Shown here piece by piece: positions 41,643 to 50,878 of a DNA stretch of 64,000 nt. The notes beneath the pieces are model-generated. The model was not told the DNA's origin and searched no databases. It was given only the letters and a program-made list of their open reading frames with translations. The stretch's first letter is position 1, and the number at the start of each line of letters is the position of its first letter. Location of the stretch: the NCBI GenBank assembly GCA_035506535.1, contig DATJPE010000063.1, positions 163,903 through 227,902 of the forward strand, in the 5' to 3' direction. A program made the translations under genes and the position numbers. This DNA is from Actinomycetes bacterium (GTDB taxonomy: Bacteria; Actinomycetota; Actinomycetes; DATJPE01).

Positions 41643-42130
41643 GACGCGCTCCCCACCTGCTCCGCGGCCATGGCTTCCTTGGCGGCGGCCCACCTGATCG
41701 AGCGGATGATCGTCGAGTATCCGGTGCACCGGCAGATCTGGCCGGAGATGGCCTCGCGGATCTCCTCCTCCGACGGGTCGGGGTTGCGGTCGAGCAGGGC
41801 GCGCGCGGTCATCATCATCCCCGGCGTACAGAACCCGCACTGCAGACCATGGCACTCCATGAAGCCTTGCTGCACGGCATCGAGGCCGGCTGCCGTCTCC
41901 AGCCCCTCGACCGTGCGCACCTCGTGGCCGCTGGCCATGGCAGCGAGGACGGTGCACGACTTCACCGGCTCGCGGTCCAGCCAGACCACGCACGTGCCGC
42001 AGTTGCTCGTGTCGCAGCCCCAGTGGGTCCCGGTGAGACCGAGATGGTCGCGCAGGAAGTGCACGAGGAGCAGCCGCCCCTCGATGTCGGCGGTGACCGG
42101 TTCGCCGTTGACCGTCATCGAGACCTGCAT
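41639..42130 (-). CDS. coxS: CO dehydrogenase small subunit (two [2Fe-2S] clusters)
   Basis: The translation carries a plant-type ferredoxin motif (CDTSNCGTC) and a second cluster motif (CGFCTPG...C.C). Confidence 0.9.
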
Positions 42131-42132
42131 GC

Positions 42133-43011
42133 TCAGACGTCCTCTCCGTTGATCCTGGCCACTGCCCGGCGCAGGGTGCGGCGGGTGAGCTCGTCGGCCA
42201 GGTGTCGCTTGTACTCCTCGCTGCCGCGCATGTCGGCCACCGGGCTGCAGCTTCGCGCCGCGATCGCGCCCGCCTGCTCGTACAGCTCCTCCGAGGGCTG
42301 CTGGCCCCGAAGCAGCTCGGAGATCCCCGGGATGGCCGTCGTGTTGGGCCCGACCGCCGCCAGCCCCACGCGTGCGTCGGTGATCTCGCCGCCGTCCATC
42401 CAGACGGCCGCGCCCGCGGACACCACCGCCCAGTCCCCGGCCCGGCGCTCGACCTTCTCGTAGGCGCTGGAACCGTTCGGCCGGATCGGGATGCGCACCT
42501 CGGTGAGGATCTCGTCGTCACCGACGGCGGTCTCGTACGGCCCGCGGTGGAAGTCCTCCATCGTCACGACCCGCACCCCGGAGCTGCCCACGATCACGCA
42601 GCTGGCGTCAAGGGTCGTGCACACGGCCGAAAGGTCCTCGGAGGGGTCGGCCTGGCACAACGAGCCGCCGATGGTGCCGCGGTTGCGGACCACGGGATCG
42701 GCGATCACCCGCTCCGCGTCGTGGAAGATCGGGAAGATACGGCCGAGCTCCGCCGACTCGAGCAGCTCGCGGTGCCGGGTCATCGCCCCGACCCTGACCT
42801 GGGTCGCCTCGACCGTGATCCCGCCGAGCTCGTCGTGCAGGTCGTTGATGTCGATCAGGTACTCGAAGTTGGCCAGCCTCAGCTTCATCATCGGCAAGAG
42901 GCTGTGGCCGCCGGCCACGAGACGGGCCGAGCTGCCGAGCCGTTCGAGGAGACCGATCGCCTCCTGGACACTGCTGGCTCGCTGGTACTCGAACGGCGCA
43001 GGCACCTGCAT
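42133..43011 (-). CDS. coxM: CO dehydrogenase medium subunit (FAD-binding)
   Basis: FAD-binding PCMH domain (RLVAGGHSLLPMMKLRL, RNRGTIGGSL); 292 aa. Confidence 0.9.
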   Translation of the reverse strand: MQVPAPFEYQRASSVQEAIGLLERLGSSARLVAGGHSLLPMMKLRLANFEYLIDINDLHDELGGITVEATQVRVGAMTRHRELLESAELGRIFPIFHDAERVIADPVVRNRGTIGGSLCQADPSEDLSAVCTTLDASCVIVGSSGVRVVTMEDFHRGPYETAVGDDEILTEVRIPIRPNGSSAYEKVERRAGDWAVVSAGAAVWMDGGEITDARVGLAAVGPNTTAIPGISELLRGQQPSEELYEQAGAIAARSCSPVADMRGSEEYKRHLADELTRRTLRRAVARINGEDV

Positions 43012-43086
43012 GACGACCTCACTTCGCCGCGAAGGACCGCAGACGTGCGCAGTATCCGTCCGCCCGTCGCTTCGGTGTCAACGGCA

Positions 43087-43104
43087 CCTAAGCGAACGCT
43101 TAGG
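43087..43104 (+). promoter_or_regulatory. perfect inverted repeat CCTAAGCG-AA-CGCTTAGG upstream of coxM (candidate operator)
   Basis: 8-bp arms with a 2-bp spacer, read directly. It lies 76-93 nt upstream of the coxM ATG in the coxM/moaA divergent region, in a locally AT-richer patch. Confidence 0.35.
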
Positions 43105-43434
43105 GTCGCTGGACATCGGCGTCGCTCCTACCGACGATGCGGATGTGCCAGCGTCGGTCGACACCGCGGATCACCAAGCCGGACAAGGGTTCCGATGGCT
43201 TGCTGCGTGATCGTGCTGATGCTCGCCCGACGGCTCGGGAACGCCGCAAGTGCGGTGCCTGGACGCCTCTCGAGCCGCACCTGCGTCGGCCCCCTTTCGG
43301 CGGCGAGGACCGGATGTGGGCGTCGACTGGGCAGCGGTCCCCACCCCCTGGGCGGGGGACACTGTCGCGCGCGTCGCTTTGGTGCTCGAGGTCGCGACCT
43401 CACGCCGCTGTTCCGGCTCAGCGAGGTCCAGCCG

Positions 43435-43791
43435 GTGTTCCACGAGTTCGTCCACGTGTGCTTGCTCGCCTGCGGGCTGATGTTCTGGGTCCCCGTGCTC
43501 GGCCAGGACCCCGCGACCAGGCGTCCGCGCTATCACCGCGGGCTGGCGATGGTCGCGATTGGTGTGCCGGTCTACGCGGCCATAGCGTGGGGGATGTGGG
43601 CCGAGGGGCAGTTCGTCAGCCCTGATCACTCCTTGTCCGACATCCACCTGGGAGCAGTGGCGATGGTCGTCGGTGGCGCCGCCCTGTCGCTCGCCGGCGC
43701 CGCCGTCGCGATGGTGCAGGAGCTCCACCACCGCCGGCTGGTCCGGTCGCGCGCGACCCGGCGCGCCACAAACGTGGTGGCGGCCGCATGA
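43435..43791 (+). CDS. small hydrophobic ORF (possible remnant of a CopD/CtaG-like membrane protein); coding status uncertain
   Basis: There is a high-GC3 frame from the GTG at 43435 (alternative ATG at 43480) to a stop overlapping the moaA ATG (ATGA). The translation is hydrophobic (LLACGLMFWVPVLGQ...LAMVAIGVPVYAAIAWGMWAEG...AVAMVVGGAALSLAGAAVAMV). The upstream 420 bp have no clean ORF. Confidence 0.35.
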   Translation: MFHEFVHVCLLACGLMFWVPVLGQDPATRRPRYHRGLAMVAIGVPVYAAIAWGMWAEGQFVSPDHSLSDIHLGAVAMVVGGAALSLAGAAVAMVQELHHRRLVRSRATRRATNVVAAA

Positions 43792-44801
43792 GCGCCACAC
43801 GGGACGCCTTCGGGCGTCGGCTCGGCGACCTTCGGCTGTCGGTCACCGACCGGTGCAACCTGCGGTGCACGTACTGCATGCCGCGGGAGCTCTTCGGCGC
43901 CAACCACGAGTTCCTGCCTCGTCAGGAGATCCTCAGCTACGAGGAGTTCGCCCGGCTGGTGTCGGTGTTCGCCGGGCTCGGCGTAGGCAAGGTACGGCTC
44001 ACCGGCGGCGAGCCACTTCTGCGCCGCGACGTCGAGACGCTCGTGACCGCCGTCGCCCGCACTCCCGGCATCACCGATGTGGCGATGACGACCAACGGCA
44101 CCCTCCTCGCCGCCCGCGCCGCCTCGCTGCGCGACGCCGGGCTCGACCGGCTGACCGTGAGCCTCGACAGCGTCGACCCGGACACCTTCGCCTCGATGGC
44201 GGACACCCGCGTGGCGCTCCAGACCGTCCTCGACGGCATCGACGCCGCGGTTGCGGCCGGCTTCGCGCCGGTGAAGCTCAACGCCGTGGTGCGCCGGGGG
44301 GTCAACGACGCGGGGATCCTCGACCTGGTGCGCTACGCCCGGGACGGCCGGCACGTGCTGCGCCTCATCGAGTACATGGACGTCGGGGCGACCAACGGCT
44401 GGGTGCTCGACGACGTCGTGCCCGCCGAGGAGATCTTGCGCCGGATCGACGAGGTGTACCCCCTGCGGGCGCTGGCCCCTGCCCGCCCCGGAGAGGTGGC
44501 CAAGCGCTGGGCGTACGCCGACGGCGGCGGCGAGATCGGACTGATCACCTCGGTGAGCCGGCCCTTCTGCGGGGACTGCACCCGCGCGCGAATCACCTCG
44601 ACCGGCGAGCTGTTCACCTGCCTGTTCGCCTCCCGTGGGACCGATCTGCGGGCCTTGCTGCGGGGCGGGGCGACCGATGAGGACCTTCGCCAGGCGATCC
44701 GGCGGGTCTGGGCCTCCCGCGACGACCGCTATTCCGAGCTGCGGCACCAGCTGACCCCCGCCCACCCGGCGCGCGCCGAGATGTCCTACCTCGGCGGCTG
44801 A
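43788..44801 (+). CDS. moaA: GTP 3',8-cyclase (molybdenum cofactor biosynthesis protein A, radical SAM)
   Basis: Radical-SAM motif CNLRCTYCMP and a MoaA C-terminal cluster (CGDCTRARITSTGELFTCLF). Confidence 0.9.
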   Translation: MSATRDAFGRRLGDLRLSVTDRCNLRCTYCMPRELFGANHEFLPRQEILSYEEFARLVSVFAGLGVGKVRLTGGEPLLRRDVETLVTAVARTPGITDVAMTTNGTLLAARAASLRDAGLDRLTVSLDSVDPDTFASMADTRVALQTVLDGIDAAVAAGFAPVKLNAVVRRGVNDAGILDLVRYARDGRHVLRLIEYMDVGATNGWVLDDVVPAEEILRRIDEVYPLRALAPARPGEVAKRWAYADGGGEIGLITSVSRPFCGDCTRARITSTGELFTCLFASRGTDLRALLRGGATDEDLRQAIRRVWASRDDRYSELRHQLTPAHPARAEMSYLGG

Positions 44802-44904
44802 CCCGCCGCCTCGGCAAGCCCTGCCTCGCGGGTGCCGGTTGAGGACCAAGGTCCCGGTGTCGCGGGCAGTTGGCCCGCGGCAGCGGCTGGCCGGAGGGGC
44901 CAGC

Positions 44905-45519
44905 ATGGAGGAGGCTTCATCGCGAGGAGGCGGGCTGCGCGTGTTCCAGATCCGGGTCCACGGCCGAGGCGGGCAGGGCGTGGTCACGACAGCCGAGCTG
45001 CTGTCGGTGGCCGCGTTCCTCGACGGTCACGAGGCACAGGCCTTCCCGAGCTTCGGCTCCGAGCGGATGGGCGCGCCCGTCATGGCGTTCTGCCGGATCG
45101 ACCACGTGCCCATCAGGGTGCGCGAGCCGGTGGCCGAGCCCGACGCCGTGATCGTGTCCGACCCGACCCTGCTCCACCACGTCGCGGTCTTCGCCGGCCT
45201 GGATCCGGACGGGTACGTGCTCATCAACTCCACGCACGGATGGGAGGAGCTCGGCCTGGCCGACCTGCACGAGTCGCACCGGCCGGAGCGGCTGGTCACC
45301 GTCCCGGCCACCGAGATCGCGCGCAGGTACACCGGCCGCCCGCTTCCCAACGCCTGCCTGCTCGGCGCGTTCGTCGCGCTCACCGGGGTGGTGGCCATGG
45401 ACTGCGTCGAACAAGCGATCCGCGAGCGGTTCTCGACGCGGGTCGCCGAGGGCAACATCGCCGCCGCGCTCGCGGCGTACGAGCGTGCCGGTGCTCGCGA
45501 GGAGGCCCTCGATGCGTAG
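44905..45519 (+). CDS. 2-oxoacid:ferredoxin oxidoreductase gamma subunit (PorC-like)
   Basis: ATG at 44905 follows GGAGGGG. The translation (IRVHGRGGQGVVTTAELLSVAAF...ERMGAPV) matches the POR/KOR gamma subunit fold. Confidence 0.8.
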   Translation: MEEASSRGGGLRVFQIRVHGRGGQGVVTTAELLSVAAFLDGHEAQAFPSFGSERMGAPVMAFCRIDHVPIRVREPVAEPDAVIVSDPTLLHHVAVFAGLDPDGYVLINSTHGWEELGLADLHESHRPERLVTVPATEIARRYTGRPLPNACLLGAFVALTGVVAMDCVEQAIRERFSTRVAEGNIAAALAAYERAGAREEALDA

Positions 45520-46762
45520 GCAGATTGAAGGCTCCCGAGCCATCGCCGAGACCGTCGCCTGCTGCCGCCCCGGGGTCGTGGCCGCCTACCCCATCACGCC
45601 CCAGACGCACATCGTCGAGGCCCTCGGATCGGCGGTGAAGAGCGGTGCGCTCACCGGGTGCCGCTTCATCCCCGTCGAGTCCGAGTTCGCTGCGATGTCG
45701 GCGTCGATCGGGGCCTCGGCCGCCGGCTCGCGCGCCTATACCGCGACAGCCAGCCAGGGGCTGCTGTACATGACCGAGGCACTGTTCAACGCCTCCGGTC
45801 TCGGGCTGCCCATCGTCATGACCGTCGCCAATCGCGCGATCGGGGCCCCCATCAACATCTGGAACGACCAGAGCGACTCGATGAGCCAGCGCGACTGCGG
45901 CTGGGTGCAGCTGTACGCGGAGGACAACCAGGCCGCGGTCGATCTCCACGTGCTCGGGTTCCGGCTGGCGGAGGAGTTGTCCGTCCCCGTCATGGTGTGC
46001 ATGGACGGGTTCGTTCTCACCCACGCCGTCGAGCCCATCGACGTCCCGGCCCAGGAGCAGGTCGACGCCTTCCTGCCGTCTTATCGGCCGCAACAGGTGC
46101 TGGACCCCGACGAACCGGTCACCATCGGCGCGATGGTGGGCCCCGAGGCGTTCACCGAGGTCCGCTACCTCGCCCACCACCACCAGCTGCGGGCGCTCGA
46201 GATCCTGCCGTCGCTCGCCCAGGAGCTTCATGCGGTTCTGGGGCGGACGGTCGCGCCGTTGACGGCGTACGGCGTCGACGGCGCCGAGACCGTCGTCGTC
46301 ACGATCGGGTCGGCCACCGGGACCATGCGCGACGTCGCGGACGAGCTCGAGGCCCGCGGGGAGCAGATCGGCGTGCTCGCGCTCACCGCCTTCCGCCCGT
46401 TCCCGTACGCGGAGGTGCGCTCGGCTCTGGAGGGTGCCACGCACGTGATCGTCCTCGAGCGCGCCTTCGCCCCGGGGGCCGGCGGAATCGTGAGCTGCGA
46501 TGTGGCATCGGCGCTCGAGGACCTGCCGGTCGACGTGAGCACCGTCGTCGCCGGCCTGGGCGGTCGGGCGGTGAGCAAGAGCTCGCTGCACCGGATGCTC
46601 GCCGACGCCGCGGACGGCCGGCTGGCGCGCCTGGCCTTCCTCGACCTGCAGACCGACCTGGTCGAGCAGGAACTGGCCCGCGTCGGGCACCCGCAACGGA
46701 CGCGGTCTCCGACCCTCGACGTGCTGCGCGACGCAGGCGTCCCCGGCTCGCGGGTCCGGTGA
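45512..46762 (+). CDS. 2-oxoacid:ferredoxin oxidoreductase alpha subunit (PorA-like)
   Basis: The translation (GSRAIAETVACCRPGVVAAYPITPQTHIVE) shows POR alpha domains I and II; about 416 aa. Confidence 0.85.
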   Translation: MRRQIEGSRAIAETVACCRPGVVAAYPITPQTHIVEALGSAVKSGALTGCRFIPVESEFAAMSASIGASAAGSRAYTATASQGLLYMTEALFNASGLGLPIVMTVANRAIGAPINIWNDQSDSMSQRDCGWVQLYAEDNQAAVDLHVLGFRLAEELSVPVMVCMDGFVLTHAVEPIDVPAQEQVDAFLPSYRPQQVLDPDEPVTIGAMVGPEAFTEVRYLAHHHQLRALEILPSLAQELHAVLGRTVAPLTAYGVDGAETVVVTIGSATGTMRDVADELEARGEQIGVLALTAFRPFPYAEVRSALEGATHVIVLERAFAPGAGGIVSCDVASALEDLPVDVSTVVAGLGGRAVSKSSLHRMLADAADGRLARLAFLDLQTDLVEQELARVGHPQRTRSPTLDVLRDAGVPGSRVR

Positions 46763-46772
46763 GGAGGCCGTC

Positions 46773-47777
46773 ATGCCCACGCAGGACGTGAAGTTCTATC
46801 AGGTGGGAAGCCGTGCCGTCGGGAACCGGCTGCTCGACGAGGAACAGCGCACCGAGCAGGCCAGTCCCCTGCGGCGCAACTCGCTGAACTCCGGCCACCG
46901 TGCCTGTCAAGGGTGCGGGGAGGCGCTCGGCGCGCGCTACGTCGTCGACGCGGCGTACCGCGCGACCGGGGGGCGCCTGGTGGTCGTGAACGCGACCGGC
47001 TGCCTGGAGGTGTTCTCCTCCCCCTACCCAGAGAGCTCCTGGCAGGTGCCGTGGCTGCACTCGGTGTTCGCCAACGCGCCCGCGGTCGCCGCGGGAGTCG
47101 CCGCCGCCCTGGAGGCCCAGGGACGGACCGACGTACGCGTTCTCGCGCAAGGTGGTGACGGTGGGACCGTCGACATCGGACTGGCCTGCCTGTCCGGCAT
47201 GTTCGAGCGAAACGACGACGTGTTCTACGTCTGCTACGACAACGAGGCGTACATGAACACCGGCGTGCAGCGCTCCGGTGCGACGCCGGCGTACGCCCGC
47301 ACGGCGACCACCGAGGCGGTCGGACCCGAGCCCGGCAACCCGATCGGGCAGGGCAAGGACGTCCCGAGGATCGCGATGGCGCACGACATCCCCTACGTCG
47401 CCACGGCGACGGTCGCGGAGCTGCACGACCTCGAGGCCAAGGTGGCCCGCGCGATGGCGATGCGTGGAGCGCGGTACCTGCACGTGCTCGTCCCGTGCCC
47501 CCTCGGGTGGGGGTCGGCGGCATCGGACACGGTGCGCCTGGCCAGGCTCGCGCAGCGCAGCGGACTGTTCCCGGTCTTCGAGGCCGAGCACGGCGAGGTC
47601 ACGTCGGTGCTCCCCATCCGCGGTCAGGTACCCGTCGAGGACTACCTGCGTCCCCAGAAGCGATACGCCCACCTGTTCCGTGAGCCCGAACGCACCGACC
47701 TGATCGCGCGGATCCAGGGGGTCGCCGACCGCACCATCGCTCGCTACGGGCTGCTGCGAGACGGAGGGGAACGGTGA
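46773..47777 (+). CDS. 2-oxoacid:ferredoxin oxidoreductase beta subunit (ThDP-binding, PorB-like)
   Basis: A GAGGAGG RBS precedes the ATG. The translation has an N-terminal Cys cluster SGHRACQGCGE and a ThDP motif GDGG...N. Confidence 0.85.
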   Translation: MPTQDVKFYQVGSRAVGNRLLDEEQRTEQASPLRRNSLNSGHRACQGCGEALGARYVVDAAYRATGGRLVVVNATGCLEVFSSPYPESSWQVPWLHSVFANAPAVAAGVAAALEAQGRTDVRVLAQGGDGGTVDIGLACLSGMFERNDDVFYVCYDNEAYMNTGVQRSGATPAYARTATTEAVGPEPGNPIGQGKDVPRIAMAHDIPYVATATVAELHDLEAKVARAMAMRGARYLHVLVPCPLGWGSAASDTVRLARLAQRSGLFPVFEAEHGEVTSVLPIRGQVPVEDYLRPQKRYAHLFREPERTDLIARIQGVADRTIARYGLLRDGGER

Positions 47778-49402
47778 TGGAGAAGCCCTTCGCGATCACC
47801 CTCGACGTGCGGTCCAGCCTGGCCAACCACACCGGCACCTGGCGCACCGAACGGCCGGTGTACGTCGACCGGGAGCCGCCGTGCAACGCGAACTGCCCGG
47901 CGGGCGAGGACATCCAGGGCTGGCTCTATGCCGCGGAGGACGGCAGCTACGAGGCGGCCTGGCGTCATCTGGTGGCCGTCAACCCCTTCCCCGCGGTGAT
48001 GGGCCGGGTCTGCTACCACCCGTGCGAGACGGCGTGCAACCGCGCGCAGCTCGACACCGCGGTCGGCATCAACTCCGTCGAGCGCTTCCTCGGCGACGAG
48101 GCGATCGCCCGCGGCTGGGACCTGCCGAGCCCGCAGGCCGGGACCGGCAAACGCGTCCTCGTCGTGGGCGCGGGGCCGTGCGGGCTCTCCGTCGCCTACC
48201 ACCTCCGGCAGGGCGGCCACGAGGTGGAGATCCACGACGCCGGCGACCAGGCGGGCGGGATGATGCGCTACGGCATCCCGACGTTCCGGCTTCCGCGGCA
48301 CATCCTCGACCACGAGATCGACCGGCTGCTGGCCACGGGCATCACGTTGCGCCCGAGCACGACGGTGACCGACCTGCTCGCCACCTTGCGCGACGGCGGC
48401 TTCGACGCCGCCTTCCTCGCCGTCGGCGCTCAGCTCAGCCATCGGACCTACGTCCCCGCGGGACAGTCCGCGCGCATCCTCGACGCGCTCGACGTCCTGG
48501 CGCGCACGGAGGGTGGCGAGCGCCCGCAGCTCGGCCGCCGGGTCGCGGTGTACGGCGGAGGCAACACCGCCATGGACGTCGCCCGGACCGCCCGTCGTCT
48601 CGGCGCCGACGAGGCCGTGGTCGTCTACCGGCGCACGCGCGAGCGGATGCCCGCCGACGACGTCGAGGTGCGCGAGGCGCTGGAGGAGGGTGTGCAGATC
48701 CGTTGGTTGTCGACGGTGAAGCACGCCGACGGCGGCCGACTGACGCTGGAGCGCATGGAGCTCGACGACGAGGGCGTGCCTCAGCCGACCGGTGAGTTCG
48801 ACGAGCTCGAGGCCGACTCCCTCGTCCTCGCGCTCGGCCAGGACGTCGACCACTCCCTCGTCGACTCGTTGCCCGGCGTTCAGGTCACCGACGGCGTCGT
48901 GCAGGTCGGTCCGGACATGATGACGGGCTACCCCGGGGTCTTCGCCGGCGGTGACATGGTCCCGTCGACCCGTTCGGTGACGGTCTCGATCGGGCACGGC
49001 CGTACGGCGGCCCGACACATCGACGCCTGGCTGCGGGGCGGCGCCGTCGAGCCGGCCGTCGAGCGCGAGCCGGCGGACTTCGAGCTGCTCAACACGTGGT
49101 ACTACAGCGACGCCCCGCGCACCATGCGCCCGAGGCTGGACGCGGCTCGCCGGGTCTCCGACTTCGCCGAGGTGGTCGGGGGGCTGGACTCCGAGACAGC
49201 GCTGTTCGAGGCGCGACGGTGCCTGTCGTGCGGCAACTGCTTCGGCTGCGACAACTGCGTGGGGGTGTGCCCGGACAACGCGGTCCTCAAGGTCGACGCG
49301 GCGCACGGCTACGCGATCGACTACGACTACTGCAAGGGCTGCGGCATCTGCGTCGAGGAGTGTCCCTGCGGCGCGATCACCATGGAGCCCGAGATCACCT
49401 GA
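47777..49402 (+). CDS. fusion protein: GltD-like FAD/NAD(P)H pyridine-nucleotide oxidoreductase with a C-terminal 2x[4Fe-4S] ferredoxin (POR delta-like) domain
   Basis: N-terminal Fe-S Cys motifs are CNANCPAGEDIQ and VCYHPCETACNRAQ. They are followed by dinucleotide folds (VLVVGAGPCGLS and VAVYGGGNTAMD). The C-terminus has two ferredoxin CxxCxxCxxxCP motifs (CLSCGNCFGCDNCVGVCP, CKGCGICVEECPCGA). A GTG at 47774 is an alternative start. Confidence 0.8.
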   Translation: MEKPFAITLDVRSSLANHTGTWRTERPVYVDREPPCNANCPAGEDIQGWLYAAEDGSYEAAWRHLVAVNPFPAVMGRVCYHPCETACNRAQLDTAVGINSVERFLGDEAIARGWDLPSPQAGTGKRVLVVGAGPCGLSVAYHLRQGGHEVEIHDAGDQAGGMMRYGIPTFRLPRHILDHEIDRLLATGITLRPSTTVTDLLATLRDGGFDAAFLAVGAQLSHRTYVPAGQSARILDALDVLARTEGGERPQLGRRVAVYGGGNTAMDVARTARRLGADEAVVVYRRTRERMPADDVEVREALEEGVQIRWLSTVKHADGGRLTLERMELDDEGVPQPTGEFDELEADSLVLALGQDVDHSLVDSLPGVQVTDGVVQVGPDMMTGYPGVFAGGDMVPSTRSVTVSIGHGRTAARHIDAWLRGGAVEPAVEREPADFELLNTWYYSDAPRTMRPRLDAARRVSDFAEVVGGLDSETALFEARRCLSCGNCFGCDNCVGVCPDNAVLKVDAAHGYAIDYDYCKGCGICVEECPCGAITMEPEIT

Positions 49403-49420
49403 CCCGCTCGGGAGCAGACC

Positions 49421-50776
49421 TCACATTCCGGCGATGGGCGGTAGCCCCGGGCGTCCTGCCGCCTCCTCGAGCTGAGCGGCCAGGCCGAGCAGCAGCCCCT
49501 CCCGACCGGGAGGGGCGACGAGCTGCACGGCGTACGGCGCACCGTCGGCTCGGGGCAGCGGCAGGGTGACCGCGGGATAGCCGGTCAGGTTCCAGGCCTG
49601 CGTGTACGGCGTCGTCGTCGCGCCCCACAGGTAGCTGCGCCAGTAGCCGGAGTCCCGCATCCCGCCCAGCCGGGCGGGAGCCCGGGCGACCGTCGGCGAC
49701 ACCAGGACGTCGAAGGTGCCGAACCACGCGTCCGCCGTGCGCGTCCAGGACGTACGCGCCTCGGCCGTGGGCCTCCCCCGGCGCCGCAGCCGTCGCCCCC
49801 GGCGCACCATGGCGAGGGTTCGCGGTTCCAGCCGAGTCTCGTCGAGACCCATGACCTCGACGTCCTCGGCGATCCCGGCCAGCCAGCACCGCCCCCAGTC
49901 GTTGGCCATGGTGAGCGGGTACGGCGGGTCGGCCGGGGTCGCCGCATGACCGGCCGCGGTCAGCAGCTCGACCGCGCGCCCGATCCCGGCCCGGGTGACG
50001 CCGTCGGGACGCGCGATCGGCACCGGTGCGCGCATCGACACCGCGACCCGCAGCGCCCGCGGCGGCACCGTGACCGATGTGACGGTCCGGCCGGCGAGGA
50101 CGTCGGTCACCGCTGACACGTCGGCGACCGACGACGCGATGGCGCCGAACACCGAGCAGCCGTACCAGTGCTCCTGCGCCCCACCGGCCAGCGGCACGAC
50201 AGCACGAGCCGGCTTGTAGCCGACAACGCCGCAGAAGGCGGCGGGGATCCGCAGCGACCCGCCGCCGTCGGACCCGAGCGCGACAGGGACCAGGCCCGCC
50301 GCGACCGCTGCCGCCCCGCCCCCGGTCGAGCCACCGGCGTTGCGAGAAAGGTCCCACGGGGTCGCCGTCCCACCGTGGGCGCGGCTTTCGGTGAAGCTCC
50401 AGATCGCCAGCTCGGGCAGCTTCGTCTTGCCCACCACCACGGCCCCCGCGTCGCGCAGGCGGCGCACCAGCTCGTCGTCCTTCTCGGCAGGAGCCGTTGT
50501 CGTCGCCCCGGAGCCGTATCTCGTGGGCAGCCCCTGGACGTCGACGTTGTCCTTGATCGCGACGGGTACTCCCGCCAGCGGGAGCCCGGCCAGGTCGCGG
50601 CGGGCGAGGTCACTCGCCTCTGCCCGCGCGGCATCGGCGCACACGATCTGGAACGCGCCGAGCCGCGGGTCGAGCGCCGCGATCCGGTCGAGGCACTCCT
50701 CGACGACCCGCGGCGCCGACGTCGGGTCGGCACGGACCTGTCCTGCGATGTCGGCGGCGGTGCGCGCAGGGGACAT
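49421..50776 (-). CDS. amidase (amidase-signature family)
   Basis: The Ser-cisSer-Lys signature region GGSTGGGAAAVAAGLVPVALGSDGGGSLRIPAAFCGVVGYKP is present. Confidence 0.85.
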   Translation of the reverse strand: MSPARTAADIAGQVRADPTSAPRVVEECLDRIAALDPRLGAFQIVCADAARAEASDLARRDLAGLPLAGVPVAIKDNVDVQGLPTRYGSGATTTAPAEKDDELVRRLRDAGAVVVGKTKLPELAIWSFTESRAHGGTATPWDLSRNAGGSTGGGAAAVAAGLVPVALGSDGGGSLRIPAAFCGVVGYKPARAVVPLAGGAQEHWYGCSVFGAIASSVADVSAVTDVLAGRTVTSVTVPPRALRVAVSMRAPVPIARPDGVTRAGIGRAVELLTAAGHAATPADPPYPLTMANDWGRCWLAGIAEDVEVMGLDETRLEPRTLAMVRRGRRLRRRGRPTAEARTSWTRTADAWFGTFDVLVSPTVARAPARLGGMRDSGYWRSYLWGATTTPYTQAWNLTGYPAVTLPLPRADGAPYAVQLVAPPGREGLLLGLAAQLEEAAGRPGLPPIAGM

Positions 50777-50878
50777 GGGTCAAGCCTGCTCCCAACTGCC
50801 GCGTCGCGGAACGCAGATGAGCACGCTGGTCTGCGGGGCCCCTTGTCCGACCGACCGGTCGGTCTCTAGAGTGCGGTC

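Noticed and set aside
42202-43434. 5' part of a 529-aa + strand ORF
   Set aside because: It runs antisense through coxM and coxS and translates to low-complexity sequence. Only its last ~118 codons (43435-43791) look like real coding sequence and are reported separately.
43137-43625. 162-aa + ORF and 209-aa - ORF (43171-43800) in the coxM/moaA intergenic region
   Set aside because: Both translate to Arg/Pro/Gly-rich low-complexity sequence without start-site context. I treat the region as non-coding apart from the short hydrophobic ORF at 43435.
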